This document shows, piece after piece, positions 24,785 through 32,000 of a stretch of 32,000 bases of DNA. The notes below the pieces were generated by a model that saw only the letters and a program-made list of their open reading frames with translations, made no database searches and had not been told where the DNA came from. The DNA comes from Candidatus Saccharimonadota bacterium. Lineage in GTDB: Bacteria > Patescibacteriota > Saccharimonadia > Saccharimonadales > UBA4665. The stretch covers positions 30,001 through 62,000 of the forward strand of contig CP064992.1 of NCBI GenBank assembly GCA_016699935.1, read 5' to 3'. Made by a program: the position numbers and the translations under genes. The first letter of the stretch is position 1, and each line of letters opens with the position of its first letter.

Positions 24785-25435
24785 CTATGAGCTTCTGCGC
24801 CAGTGGGCGATGGCGGCGTGGTTGCCGTTCTGGAGGACTTCGGGGACTTGAAGGCCACGGAAGTCGGCTGGACGGGTGTATTGGGGATATTCTATGGTCT
24901 CGTCATCGTCTTGGAAAGATTCTATCTCGGCGCTCGTTTCACCTCCCAGAACGCCTGGTAAGAGGCGAACTACACTATCTATGACGATCATGGCTGGCAG
25001 CTCGCCACCGGTTAAAACATACTGTCCTATGCAAAACTGTTCATCGATCCACTGCGTAATGCGCTCGTCATAGCCTTCGTAGCGAGGACAAACGATGATC
25101 AACTCGTCGACCTCCGCCGCCAAACGCTTAGCATCTGATTGTTTATAGATTTTACCCCTCGGTGTTGGCAGTACAATCTTGACTCTTGACTCATGACTCA
25201 TGACTCTGCTCTTAGCATGTTCTATCGCCGCGACCAGTGGTTCAACCATCAGCAACATGCCATCGCCACCGCCATATGGCGTATCGTCCACCTGCTGGCG
25301 TGGACCGAGTCCAAACTCGCGTAAGTTTATACATTCATAGGTCGCAATTCCCCGATCGACCGCTTTCCACAGCATGCTGTTACCGAGCACCCCCGTGAAC
25401 ATTTCTGGAAACAAGGTAATAATTTGTACTTTCAC
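24785..25435 (-). CDS. trmD: tRNA (guanine37-N1)-methyltransferase
   Basis: ..ITLFPEMF..VDDTPYGGGDGMLL...VCPRYEGYDERI....GQYVLTGGELPAMIVIDSVVRLLPGVLG...YPQYTRP..NGNHAAI. GTG start. The variable loop AKSRVMSHESRVK is encoded by a heptamer array. Confidence 0.9.
   Translation of the reverse strand: MKVQIITLFPEMFTGVLGNSMLWKAVDRGIATYECINLREFGLGPRQQVDDTPYGGGDGMLLMVEPLVAAIEHAKSRVMSHESRVKIVLPTPRGKIYKQSDAKRLAAEVDELIIVCPRYEGYDERITQWIDEQFCIGQYVLTGGELPAMIVIDSVVRLLPGVLGGETSAEIESFQDDDETIEYPQYTRPADFRGLQVPEVLQNGNHAAIAHWRRSS
25178..25205 (-). repeat. Heptanucleotide array AGTCATG x2 + AGTCAAG x2 inside trmD
   Basis: On the plus strand: cttgact cttgact catgact catgact. It encodes ..SRVMSHESRV.. in a loop that is variable between TrmD orthologs. 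Confidence 0.65.
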
Positions 25436-25624
25436 TTCGAACAGTGTAAACCAAAATCACCTCTGATACCAGAGGTGATTTAGTCACATAAAGCTCCCAA
25501 CGTTTTTGAATTCGTTGGCTCGCACGAGCTACTAGATGTTTTTGTTTTAACAGTTTGTCTTTTTGTAAGACTCCCACTACCCTATCATACCGAAGTAAAA
25601 AACACAAGCACGATATGATATTAG

Positions 25625-25673
25625 AGATAAGAGGTAAGAGATATGAGATAAGAATTATGAGTTATGAATTGAG
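25625..25673 (+). repeat. Heptanucleotide-periodic array (AGNTAWG family), 7 units
   Basis: agataag aggtaag agatatg agataag aattatg agttatg aattgag. It abuts the left edge of structured element B. Confidence 0.65.
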
Positions 25674-25674
25674 A

Positions 25675-25990
25675 ATGCGGCCGCAGGCTGCTAATTATTT
25701 ATCGCGTCAGCGATGTAACTAGTGGTGGCCATGCGTAAGCTCCTGGCCAGAATGTTGTCTGTTTCTACAACTTCCGACAGGCGGCGCGAGCTGTTTGACG
25801 AATAGCTGATATGCCAGTGGCATATCAGCTATGAGGAGTTCTCGCGTCGGTTGTAGAAACGAACAACACTTCTGCCAAGAGCTGGAGCCATTGGCCGAGT
25901 TTTTCTGCTTCTCTTTTGTCGGTACAAAAGAGAAGTCGGCTGGCAGGCCGAGAACTGCCTTACTACAGAAGCTATCGTGAGAATATGATT
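25675..25990 (+). ncRNA. Candidate structured RNA element, copy B (homolog of 18300-18600)
   Basis: Helices at 25761-25771/25850-25860, 25782-25790/25841-25849, and the hairpin 25804-25830, covary with copy A. It lies antisense to the rpsP-KH-trmD gene string, in the slot where rimM usually sits. Confidence 0.4.
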
Positions 25991-26065
25991 TATAGATAAC
26001 AAAAGGAAAATGATCCTAAAAGGCATGAATTATGGATCGAGTCCGGAATGACAAATCAGTAGTTT

Positions 26066-26587
26066 TTAGATATCTAAGTCGTCGAGGTCGGCCAGTTCGG
26101 CGCGAGTACGAGCTACTGAGTCACTTGGTTTTGGCGCTTCTACGGCATCTAGATCGTCATCGTCATCATTTGTCATGGTAGTAGGTGCTACTGCAGCTAC
26201 AGTGGCTGGTGCGGCCACCGCTGCAACGCCAGCGCCATCTACAGCATCGCTGGTAGACTGATTGTCATCACGACGCGGTGCAAAAGAACGATCTTCTCGC
26301 TCCGGCCGAGGCAGCGGATTGCCGTTTTCGTCCAGGCGGTCGACATCGACAATCTTAAGGTTATAGCGAGCTTCTTGTTTGGTGCCTAGTGCGCGTAGTA
26401 GGGTGCGAATGCTCTGGGCTGTTGCACCGCGCTTGCCAAATGACACGGCCAAGATCTTCGGCATCGACGGTGAGCTCTAGCAAAACGCCCTTTTCGTCGA
26501 CACTTCTTTTATACTGACTGCTTCTGGTTTACCCACCAGTGATTTGACGACGTACTCGACAAATTGTTCATCTATAGTTGCTGACAT
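26066..26587 (-). CDS. KH-domain RNA-binding protein (YlqC/UPF0109-like) with an acidic/Ala-rich tail, two compensating frameshifts
   Basis: GAGGAGG lies upstream. MSATIDEQFVEYVVKSLVGKPEAVSIK | RSVDEKGVLLELTVDAEDLGRVI | GKRGATAQSIRTLLRAL... There is a -1 change in the T4 run at 26507-26510 and a +1 change in the A3 run at 26438-26440. Confidence 0.8.
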
Positions 26588-26684
26588 ATTCTGCCTCCTC
26601 GGGTTATTTACAGGTACCATTTATTATAGCGTATAACGGATTTTGGGGAAACAATATCCTGACCCACGCTCACTTTTTCTCGTT

Positions 26685-26780
26685 GTCATCCCGACCCCGC
26701 ATCAAGTGCGGGGCAGGCTTCGTGGAGGGATCTTTTCGGTGTCAATATCATGGAGATCTTTCGACTGCGCTCAAGATGAC
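26685..26780. mobile_element. 96-bp palindromic MITE-like element (GTCATC...GATGAC family)
   Basis: GTCATCCCGACC-CCGCA-TCAAG-TGCGG...AGATCTTTCGACTGCGCTCAAGATGAC. It shares the AGATCTTTCGACT..CGCTCAAGATGAC arm with the leuS insertion. Confidence 0.55.
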
Positions 26781-26899
26781 AGCTCAAAAGTGGGTGTGGG
26801 TCAGAACAATAACAGATCCAAATAGCTGGGTAATGACCAATGACCAAGGGCCAATCATTGCTTAACCCTTGGTGCGTGGTGCTTGAGGGTCCAAAGAAT

Positions 26900-27363
26900 C
26901 TACTGGGCTGGTTGATCTTCAGCGACTTCAGCAGGTGCCTCAGCGGCTTCAGCCTCTGGGGCTGGTGTTTCAGGGCCTCAGCAGTTTCCTCCGCTGGAGC
27001 TTCTTCTGCTTTTACTTCTTCTTTGGGCTCAGCTTTGGGTTCAGCTGGACGGTTGCGGCGAAGCTTCTCTGGAAAATGGCGTATGGTGCCTTTGACCTTT
27101 TTGTCAGCCAATTTGACCCAAGCTGGTAACTTTACGCCTTCGGCTTTCAAAAGCAGCGCCACGCGCGGACTTGGTTGCGCACCGTGCTCTAGGTAATGAG
27201 TCGCTTTTTCTTTGCTCAAAATTACGTTTTTACTATGTGGATCATATGTGCCCAACTGGGCAACAATCTTGCCACTCGTAGGGGTCCGGCGACTGTCTTG
27301 GACGACGACGCGGAATTGTGCATGACCTTTGCGGCCAACGCGCTGCAAACGAATAACTAACAT
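26900..27363 (-). CDS. rpsP: 30S ribosomal protein S16 with an Ala/Glu/Pro/Lys-rich C-terminal extension, one frameshift
   Basis: MLVIRLQRVGRKGHAQFRVVVQDSRR..GTYDP... As assembled the ORF reads through to 26686, into a repeat. Adding one C to the run at 26973-26975 gives ..AEETAEAPETPAPEAEAAEAPAEVAEDQPAQ* with a stop at 26900-26902. Confidence 0.85.
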
Positions 27364-27406
27364 TCGTTACTTCCTTCCTTTAATTATTACTCCGCGCATT
27401 TTATCA

Positions 27407-28154
27407 TCAAACCACCCCTGGGGTCAACAACCGACTGTCGCTCATCGGAGCAATAACCTGCCCGACTGGCTCTCTGGTGAAGTCTTGCATTAGGATATGT
27501 GTCAAGCCCTTCTCTTTCCAGAGAGAATAATTAGGAAGTGGGGTGGCATTCCTGGATATTTAAAAGCACCCGTCAGATTTAATATATCTTTTACAAACGG
27601 AAGTATCAGCGATGTATTCTTTTGCAGCCCATTGAACAATTGCTTTGCTTCATCTATACCAAGTACGCATGCTACTACAGTGCTAAGGACATGACGGCCA
27701 GTCGAGTCAAGATGCGTTTTTTGCTGTTCCGGATTGCCATAACCTGTCAGTGTACTATAGGTAATTGCGTATGCAAGGTCTTCAGGGTCTTGAATATCTG
27801 AGCCATTAAAGTCACCGAGACGGCAACATACTTGACCAACAACGGTGGGTTCATGAACATTTTTTTCCTGAAAGATAGTCTGCTAGGTTTTTTTGGAGTG
27901 GCTTGAACAACCTTCAAAGTTAAAGGTGACAAAGTCAATCGCTCTCCTACGCCATCCTCGACCAAAGCAACTGATTCTTCGACAGGTAGTAGAGTTGCAA
28001 TAATCGATGCCCACGGCGGTGGTACACCATTGCCTATTGTATCGCCATCATTTTTTGCGAGATCTGGGTAATGCAACCAGTTACGCACACTACCATCGCG
28101 GTGTAAAATTACAGACGCGCAGGGCGTTCCGACAGGAAGTGATAGCTCACTCAT
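27407..28154 (-). CDS. Hypothetical protein (about 249 aa after correcting one certain and one possible frameshift)
   Basis: ORF 27747-28154 continues in another frame after the T7 run at 27860-27866 (..KKNVHEPTVVGQVCCRLGDFNGSDIQDPEDLAYAI..) to 27502. A further shift in the G4 run at 27540-27543 would extend it to 27407. No confident family. Confidence 0.45.
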
Positions 28155-28177
28155 GAATAATATTTTATACTATTATA

Positions 28178-28876
28178 TTATTTTTGCAAAAACTTTTTCA
28201 GGGCGGTGGCGGCGGCGGAGACTTGGGCGGTTTGTTTGCTGGGGCCGGTGCCTTTGCCTATGAGTTTGTCGTCAACGTAGACGCCAACGGTGAATTCTTT
28301 CTCGTGGTCTGGACCTTCTTCGCTGAGTACGCGATATGACGGTGTTGCGCCCACCTGCCCCTGGACGATTTCCTGTAGCCGAGATTTCGGATCCATCCAT
28401 GAACCGGTTTTGAGGATATCGTCAAAGGTGCTGAGGATGTTTGTGGTGATAAATGTCTTGCACGCGTCGTAGCCACGCTCCAAGTAGAGCGCACCGATGA
28501 TTGCCTCAAAAGCATTCGCCAGTATCTGCGCCCGTGCCCGTTCCGTACCGTGCTTTTCACCGCGACTAAGACGGAGTAGTGGTTCCACACCAAGCCGCGC
28601 ACCAGCAGCACCGATACTTTCTGTTCGCACCAGCGAGCTCCGCCAGTTTGTCAGTATACCCTCTGGGTCAGCATGGTTGGTATACAGAAATTCTGTCACC
28701 ACCAGTTCTAGCACGGCGTCACCCAAAAACTCAAGCCGCTCATTGTGCTCACTGGCCGATTTCTTGTGTTCGTTCAGGTACGAACGGTGCGTAAACGCCA
28801 TGATAAGCACCTCGAGGTTCTTGAATGCACCGCCTAAAAACTGTTTTGCAAACTCTTGGTATAGTGTTGTGTCCAT
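28178..28876 (-). CDS. rnc: Ribonuclease III
   Basis: ..FTHRSY...NERLEFLGDAVLELVVTEFLY (signature)...AFEAIIGALYL.., plus a C-terminal dsRBD (..KSRLQE....GPDHEKEF.V.V...G.G.SKQ.A...AA). Intact. Confidence 0.92.
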   Translation of the reverse strand: MDTTLYQEFAKQFLGGAFKNLEVLIMAFTHRSYLNEHKKSASEHNERLEFLGDAVLELVVTEFLYTNHADPEGILTNWRSSLVRTESIGAAGARLGVEPLLRLSRGEKHGTERARAQILANAFEAIIGALYLERGYDACKTFITTNILSTFDDILKTGSWMDPKSRLQEIVQGQVGATPSYRVLSEEGPDHEKEFTVGVYVDDKLIGKGTGPSKQTAQVSAAATALKKFLQK

Positions 28877-28882
28877 AATGCC

Positions 28883-28952
28883 AGTTTATAGTGAGTAGTT
28901 TATAGTTTTTAGGTGTATAACCTACAAACTATAAACTAAAAACTATCAACTA
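28883..28952. repeat. Inverted pair of heptanucleotide arrays (AGTTTAT... / ...TAAACTA) forming an 18-bp hairpin
   Basis: agtttat agtgagt agtttat agttttt aggtgta | taaccta caaacta taaacta aaaacta tcaacta. The stem 28897-28914/28920-28937 has one mismatch. It lies between the NUDIX stop and the rnc start. Confidence 0.65.
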
Positions 28953-29480
28953 TCCTTTCCTTTCCCTAACTTTACTCATACCGGCTAGCATGAGCTTACC
29001 GATATCTTCATATGCTATAGCGTCAACTGCTTCTGTTGCCGGCAACCACTGAATATCACTCAGCCAATCTTCTGGGTGTAGTCGGTTCGTATTGCCTAGT
29101 CCTTCGACAAGGTAGATATGCATGGTCATTAGTACTAGGGTGTGATTGCGGCGATAGCGAAAGTTAACTTTGCCGAGCCACTGCATAACCCGCATATCTT
29201 GCAGCCCAGTTTCTTCACGAATTTCCCGTTCAGCCGTCTGTTTTGGCTCTTCGCCCTCTTCAACGTGCCCCTTTGGTATGGTCCAGCGATTTTTTGCATC
29301 TTTTATAAGGAGGATTTCAACCGCTTGAGTCTTCTCGTTATGTCGAAAAACGATTCCACCTGAGGTCGTCTCACGGACAACTTCCTGAATAGCAGGGCGA
29401 CGTGTTACGAAATTTCGAAAACCTTCTATGGGCTTCTTTGATCCCCTCCATGGCTGCGAGCCGTTTTCGCTTTGCTTCAC
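28950..29480 (-). CDS. NUDIX hydrolase
   Basis: Nudix box [25 protein letters not shown] start at 29480. Confidence 0.85.
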   Translation of the reverse strand: MKQSENGSQPWRGSKKPIEGFRNFVTRRPAIQEVVRETTSGGIVFRHNEKTQAVEILLIKDAKNRWTIPKGHVEEGEEPKQTAEREIREETGLQDMRVMQWLGKVNFRYRRNHTLVLMTMHIYLVEGLGNTNRLHPEDWLSDIQWLPATEAVDAIAYEDIGKLMLAGMSKVRERKG

Positions 29481-30035
29481 CCATGGCCTAGGCTGCCTTC
29501 TTTTTCGTGGTTTTGGGCTTTACAGACGGCGCTTTTTTTTGACTGGCTTAGAAGTCTTTTTTTCACCTGAGATGCGGGTTTTTCCGTCGTTGCCTTTACT
29601 TCATTCTCGCCAACTTTGTTTTTAAGCGCTGTACCAAGGACACCATTGATGAACTTGCTGCTGTTGTCGCCTCCAAAGGCTTTAGCGAGCTCGACGGCTT
29701 CGTTTATGACGACCTTAGGTGGTACATCTGGCTCATGATGCAGCTCGTACAAGCCCCATCCGCAGCACGACTCGGTCCATGCGTGCAATTTGCTCTAGTG
29801 GCCACTCTGGGGCAAGTGGGCGTAGTTCGTCGTCAAGTTCTTTTTCATACTTCTCGACACCCTTAACGAGTTCCTCTATAAAAAATACGTCGTCTACGGT
29901 AGATTCGTACCGCGAAATATTGCGCTTGAGAACTAAGCCAAGGTCAAAGGTCTCATCGCCAGCTTCACGGCGAAAATCTAGTTCATAAAGCGTTTGCAGT
30001 GCAACAATACGCCCGAGGTGACGGTTACTTGCCAT
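29477..30035 (-). CDS. nusB: Transcription antitermination factor NusB with a Lys-rich tail, one or more frameshifts
   Basis: [21 protein letters not shown]...[18 protein letters not shown] | [40 protein letters not shown]. The frame change is at about 29750-29756. The tail contains A7 and A8 runs, so the true stop (29477, or about 29498) is uncertain. Confidence 0.8.
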
Positions 30036-30051
30036 CGCATACCCCTGCGAT

Positions 30052-30079
30052 GTAGATGGTAGATGGTAGATGGTAGATG
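30052..30079 (+). repeat. Heptanucleotide tandem repeat GTAGATG x4
   Basis: Four perfect units between rpmF and nusB, 17 nt upstream of the nusB start codon (read there as ACCATCT/CATCTAC on the coding strand). Confidence 0.7.
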
Positions 30080-30135
30080 GTAATTATCATCATGAAAGTC
30101 CTAGCAGTATTTCGACTGCTCGCTAAGGCTAAAGA

Positions 30136-30300
30136 CTACTTGCCACTCACTGCAGCCTTGAGCGCTTTGCCGCTCTCGCGGGTAGTCGTATAGGCTTTGA
30201 CTGGAGATTTTTTATTGACAGCTCGTGCGAGCTTCAGTATGAGGTGGCTACGACGCGCACCGGTAGCTCGTGGACTAGTTCGTTTCTTTGGTTTACCCAT
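30136..30300 (-). CDS. rpmF: 50S ribosomal protein L32 (Cys-less type)
   Basis: Absent from the ORF track (54 aa). GAAGGAG lies upstream. MGKPKKRTSPRATGARRSHLILK.. matches the L32 N-terminal signature (xPKxRTSxxxxxxRRxH). Confidence 0.8.
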   Translation of the reverse strand: MGKPKKRTSPRATGARRSHLILKLARAVNKKSPVKAYTTTRESGKALKAAVSGK

Positions 30301-30402
30301 AGATGTGCTAACTCCTTCTCGAAGTTCTTCGTTACTATTTAGCTTGATTATACGCTATTTCACCCCTTTTCTCAACCCAAAAAACTTCCGAAAACAGAGA
30401 TA

Positions 30403-30432
30403 TTGACACTTAAGTATATAATGTGGTATAAT
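30403..30432 (+). promoter_or_regulatory. Near-consensus sigma70 promoter with an extended -10 (TTGACA-N18-TGgTATAAT)
   Basis: TTGACA at 30403-30408 and TATAAT at 30427-30432, preceded by TGG. The ATG at 30443 is only 10 nt downstream and has no SD, implying a leaderless or near-leaderless mRNA. Confidence 0.5.
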
Positions 30433-30442
30433 ATTAACGATT

Positions 30443-31057
30443 ATGAGTAGCCTGAGGGTAGATATTTACAGTGGAAAAGAACATTTAGATGCTACTGCAA
30501 AAGAGGCAATTATTAGCGGTCTCGCAGAATTTGGCAGCGTGGCCCGTCTAGACTTATTACTCCGGCATATCCCAGGCTGCGGCAAGCTTGATCAACGCAA
30601 AATAGTTGTAGACAAGTTGCCTCTTGAAGAGCTTTTAGGCGGCAAGCTCAACATACTTGTCGGGAATTTTGCATTACACAATAACCTTGCAGGTAGTTAT
30701 TTTGGCGAAGGATTTGTATTTCTGAATCCTACCACTCTAGCCAGTAAGAGCTTGGCGGTAGTCTCGAGACCAGCGACGGCGCTACGTATTGCCACAGCCC
30801 ACGAAACAGCTCATGCATTAGGCTTCGTCACCCCTGAGAGAAGCCAAACGGCTCACTGTCGCTCTGAGGGCTGCATAATGCAATCAAGCCTTGGGTCACT
30901 TAGCCTAAAACCAGACTCAGGATACAGTGACGTATGGTCAGGCGTTGTACCTATTCATGATGGACGCCGCGCCATCGTTCCTGATAATGCGACATTTTGC
31001 GAACCCTGTGTTAATGAGATTAGCGAACACACAGAGCAGCATATACAAGCCTTGTAG
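30443..31057 (+). CDS. Archaemetzincin-like zinc metallopeptidase (M54-type motif)
   Basis: HETAHALG(x11)HCRSEGCIMQ....(long insert)...FCEPC follows the archaemetzincin pattern HExxHxxG..C....CxM...CxxC, with a longer spacer before the final CxxC. Confidence 0.65.
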   Translation: MSSLRVDIYSGKEHLDATAKEAIISGLAEFGSVARLDLLLRHIPGCGKLDQRKIVVDKLPLEELLGGKLNILVGNFALHNNLAGSYFGEGFVFLNPTTLASKSLAVVSRPATALRIATAHETAHALGFVTPERSQTAHCRSEGCIMQSSLGSLSLKPDSGYSDVWSGVVPIHDGRRAIVPDNATFCEPCVNEISEHTEQHIQAL

Positions 31058-31080
31058 TTCAGCAACATTTATACTAACGG

Positions 31081-32000
31081 CTACTTTACTACGAAACTAA
31101 TGAGCTTGTTGGGGACGTATATGGTTTTTATGATTTCTTTGCCGTCTAGGTAGCTGGCGACTTTTTCGTCACGTTTAGCACAATCCACGATGTCGGCTTC
31201 ACTTGATTCGGCTGCAACCTCTATGGTACTGCGTAATTTTCCATTTATTTGGATAGCTATGGTCATGTTGTCGGTCACCAAATACTGTTCGTCGACACTA
31301 GGCCAACAACCACGCTGCACACTCGTCAAATTACCTAGATCATGCCACAGCTCATCGGCCACATGAGGGGCAAATGGGGCGACGAGGGCGACTAGACTTT
31401 CCAGTGCAAATTGCCATGAGGCGTTATCGGCAAATCCGTCCTTTGCCTTCAGACTGTACAGTGTATTTGTCACTTCCATCATAGCGGCTATGGCGGTATT
31501 GTAACGCTGCGCTTCCAGGTCGGCCGTAACCTTCTGTATGGCCGGGTGAATCGCTCGCAAAACAGCGAGACTCGCTGGTGTGTCATCTTGAGCGGATCCG
31601 ACCTCTCGCAGAGAAGCCGGAGGAGTCGAAAGATCTTTTTGGTCCCGAACAGAAGTTTCTTCGCTTTCGCTCAGAATGACAGCAGGCGAAATCTGCTCTT
31701 GACTCTGCAAGAATTCACAGAACTCTTGGACAATGTTCCACACCCGGTTCAGGAATCGGTACGTACCCGGCACGCCCTGCGGATCCCAGCGCATCCAGAG
31801 GTCCAGTGGCGCCGCAAACATCAGATACGTACGCAGCGCGTCGGCGCCGTAACCCTGGGCGATGATTTCCAACGGGTCAACACCATTGCCTTTGCTTTTG
31901 CTAAACATCGTACCGTCGCTGGCCGTAACTTTGCCGTTGAAAAGGAACTTTTTGAACGGTTCTGGATTATCTATAAGCCCAAGTTTATGGAAAAAGCGAG
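31081..32000 (-). CDS. leuS: Leucyl-tRNA synthetase, C-terminal part; continues beyond the window
   Basis: ..FHKLGLIDNPEPFKKFLFNGKV..DGTMFSKSKGNGVDP (KMSKS region)..ADALRTYLMF..YRFLNRVWN...YNTAIAAMMEV.., plus the C-terminal domain. The frame is open to base 32000. Confidence 0.92.
   Translation of the reverse strand, partial: RFFHKLGLIDNPEPFKKFLFNGKVTASDGTMFSKSKGNGVDPLEIIAQGYGADALRTYLMFAAPLDLWMRWDPQGVPGTYRFLNRVWNIVQEFCEFLQSQEQISPAVILSESEETSVRDQKDLSTPPASLREVGSAQDDTPASLAVLRAIHPAIQKVTADLEAQRYNTAIAAMMEVTNTLYSLKAKDGFADNASWQFALESLVALVAPFAPHVADELWHDLGNLTSVQRGCWPSVDEQYLVTDNMTIAIQINGKLRSTIEVAAESSEADIVDCAKRDEKVASYLDGKEIIKTIYVPNKLISFVVK
31582..31680. mobile_element. 99-bp palindromic element inserted in frame in leuS
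   Basis: GTCATCTTGAGCG....CGCTCAGAATGAC termini. 99 nt equals 33 codons, encoding VILSESEETSVRDQKDLSTPPASLREVGSAQDD in the variable linker after RFLNRVW. It shares an arm with 26685-26780. Confidence 0.65.

Noticed and set aside
26686-26899. The last ~70 codons of the 225-aa rpsP ORF as assembled (..LKHQPQRLKPLRHLLKSLKINQPSRFF...CHLERSRKISMILTPKRS..).
   Set aside because: This is out-of-frame read-through into a heptamer array and a palindromic element. The alternative frame gives a natural acidic tail and a stop at 26900.
27407-28154. Kinase or aminoglycoside-phosphotransferase assignment based on ILHRDGSVRNW (HRD..N-like) and GDFNGS..DPEDLAY (DFG-like) strings.
   Set aside because: The two motifs are about 95 residues apart rather than about 20. 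No P-loop or Lys-containing N-lobe precedes them, and the gene needs 1-2 frame corrections. The similarity is probably coincidental, so it stays hypothetical.

Overview
This 32-kb chromosomal window comes from a small, streamlined bacterial genome. Gene content (DUF5671-type and pilin-like membrane proteins, a LysM/Apf wall protein, short operons, many palindromic repeat families) resembles Candidatus Saccharibacteria/CPR, but that is inference only. I can support about 40 protein genes, one tRNA and several repeat or RNA-like elements.

Coding content, in order:
- Left end: CBS-domain protein (3' part), LysM/Apf cell-wall protein, three membrane proteins, rarA, maf.
- An ABC-2 transporter pair, then tRNA-Gln followed by a low-GC accessory patch.
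- An orphan response regulator and a hom-lysC-asd operon.
- HAD hydrolase, riboflavin kinase, pgi, 5-formyl-THF cyclo-ligase, a DUF1508 protein, pyrD, a KGG stress protein.
- sodN plus its maturation protease, then trmD.
- KH protein, rpsP, rnc, a NUDIX hydrolase, nusB, rpmF, an archaemetzincin-like protease, and the leuS 3' part.

Assembly quality: by my reading at least 20 single-base indels, almost all in homopolymer runs, split otherwise intact housekeeping genes (rarA x3, pgi x2, rpsP, nusB, maf, lysC, hom and others). I treat these as sequencing errors and report merged gene spans.

Most interesting signals are non-coding:
1. Two diverged copies of a roughly 200-300 nt element (18.3 kb and 25.7 kb) whose helices are kept by compensatory substitutions. 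This is a candidate unclassified structured RNA.
2. A tandem set of att-like repeats, each ending in the exact 18-nt 3' end of tRNA-Gln, that delimit tiny integrase-less cassettes encoding small hydrophobic proteins.
3. A 170-bp TTAA-bounded palindromic element in two copies that supplies the stop codons of maf and of another ORF.
4. A 99-bp palindromic element inserted in frame in leuS.
5. Heptanucleotide-periodic arrays at eight or more sites, one of them inside trmD.

No rRNA, CRISPR array, transposase or integrase gene was seen.
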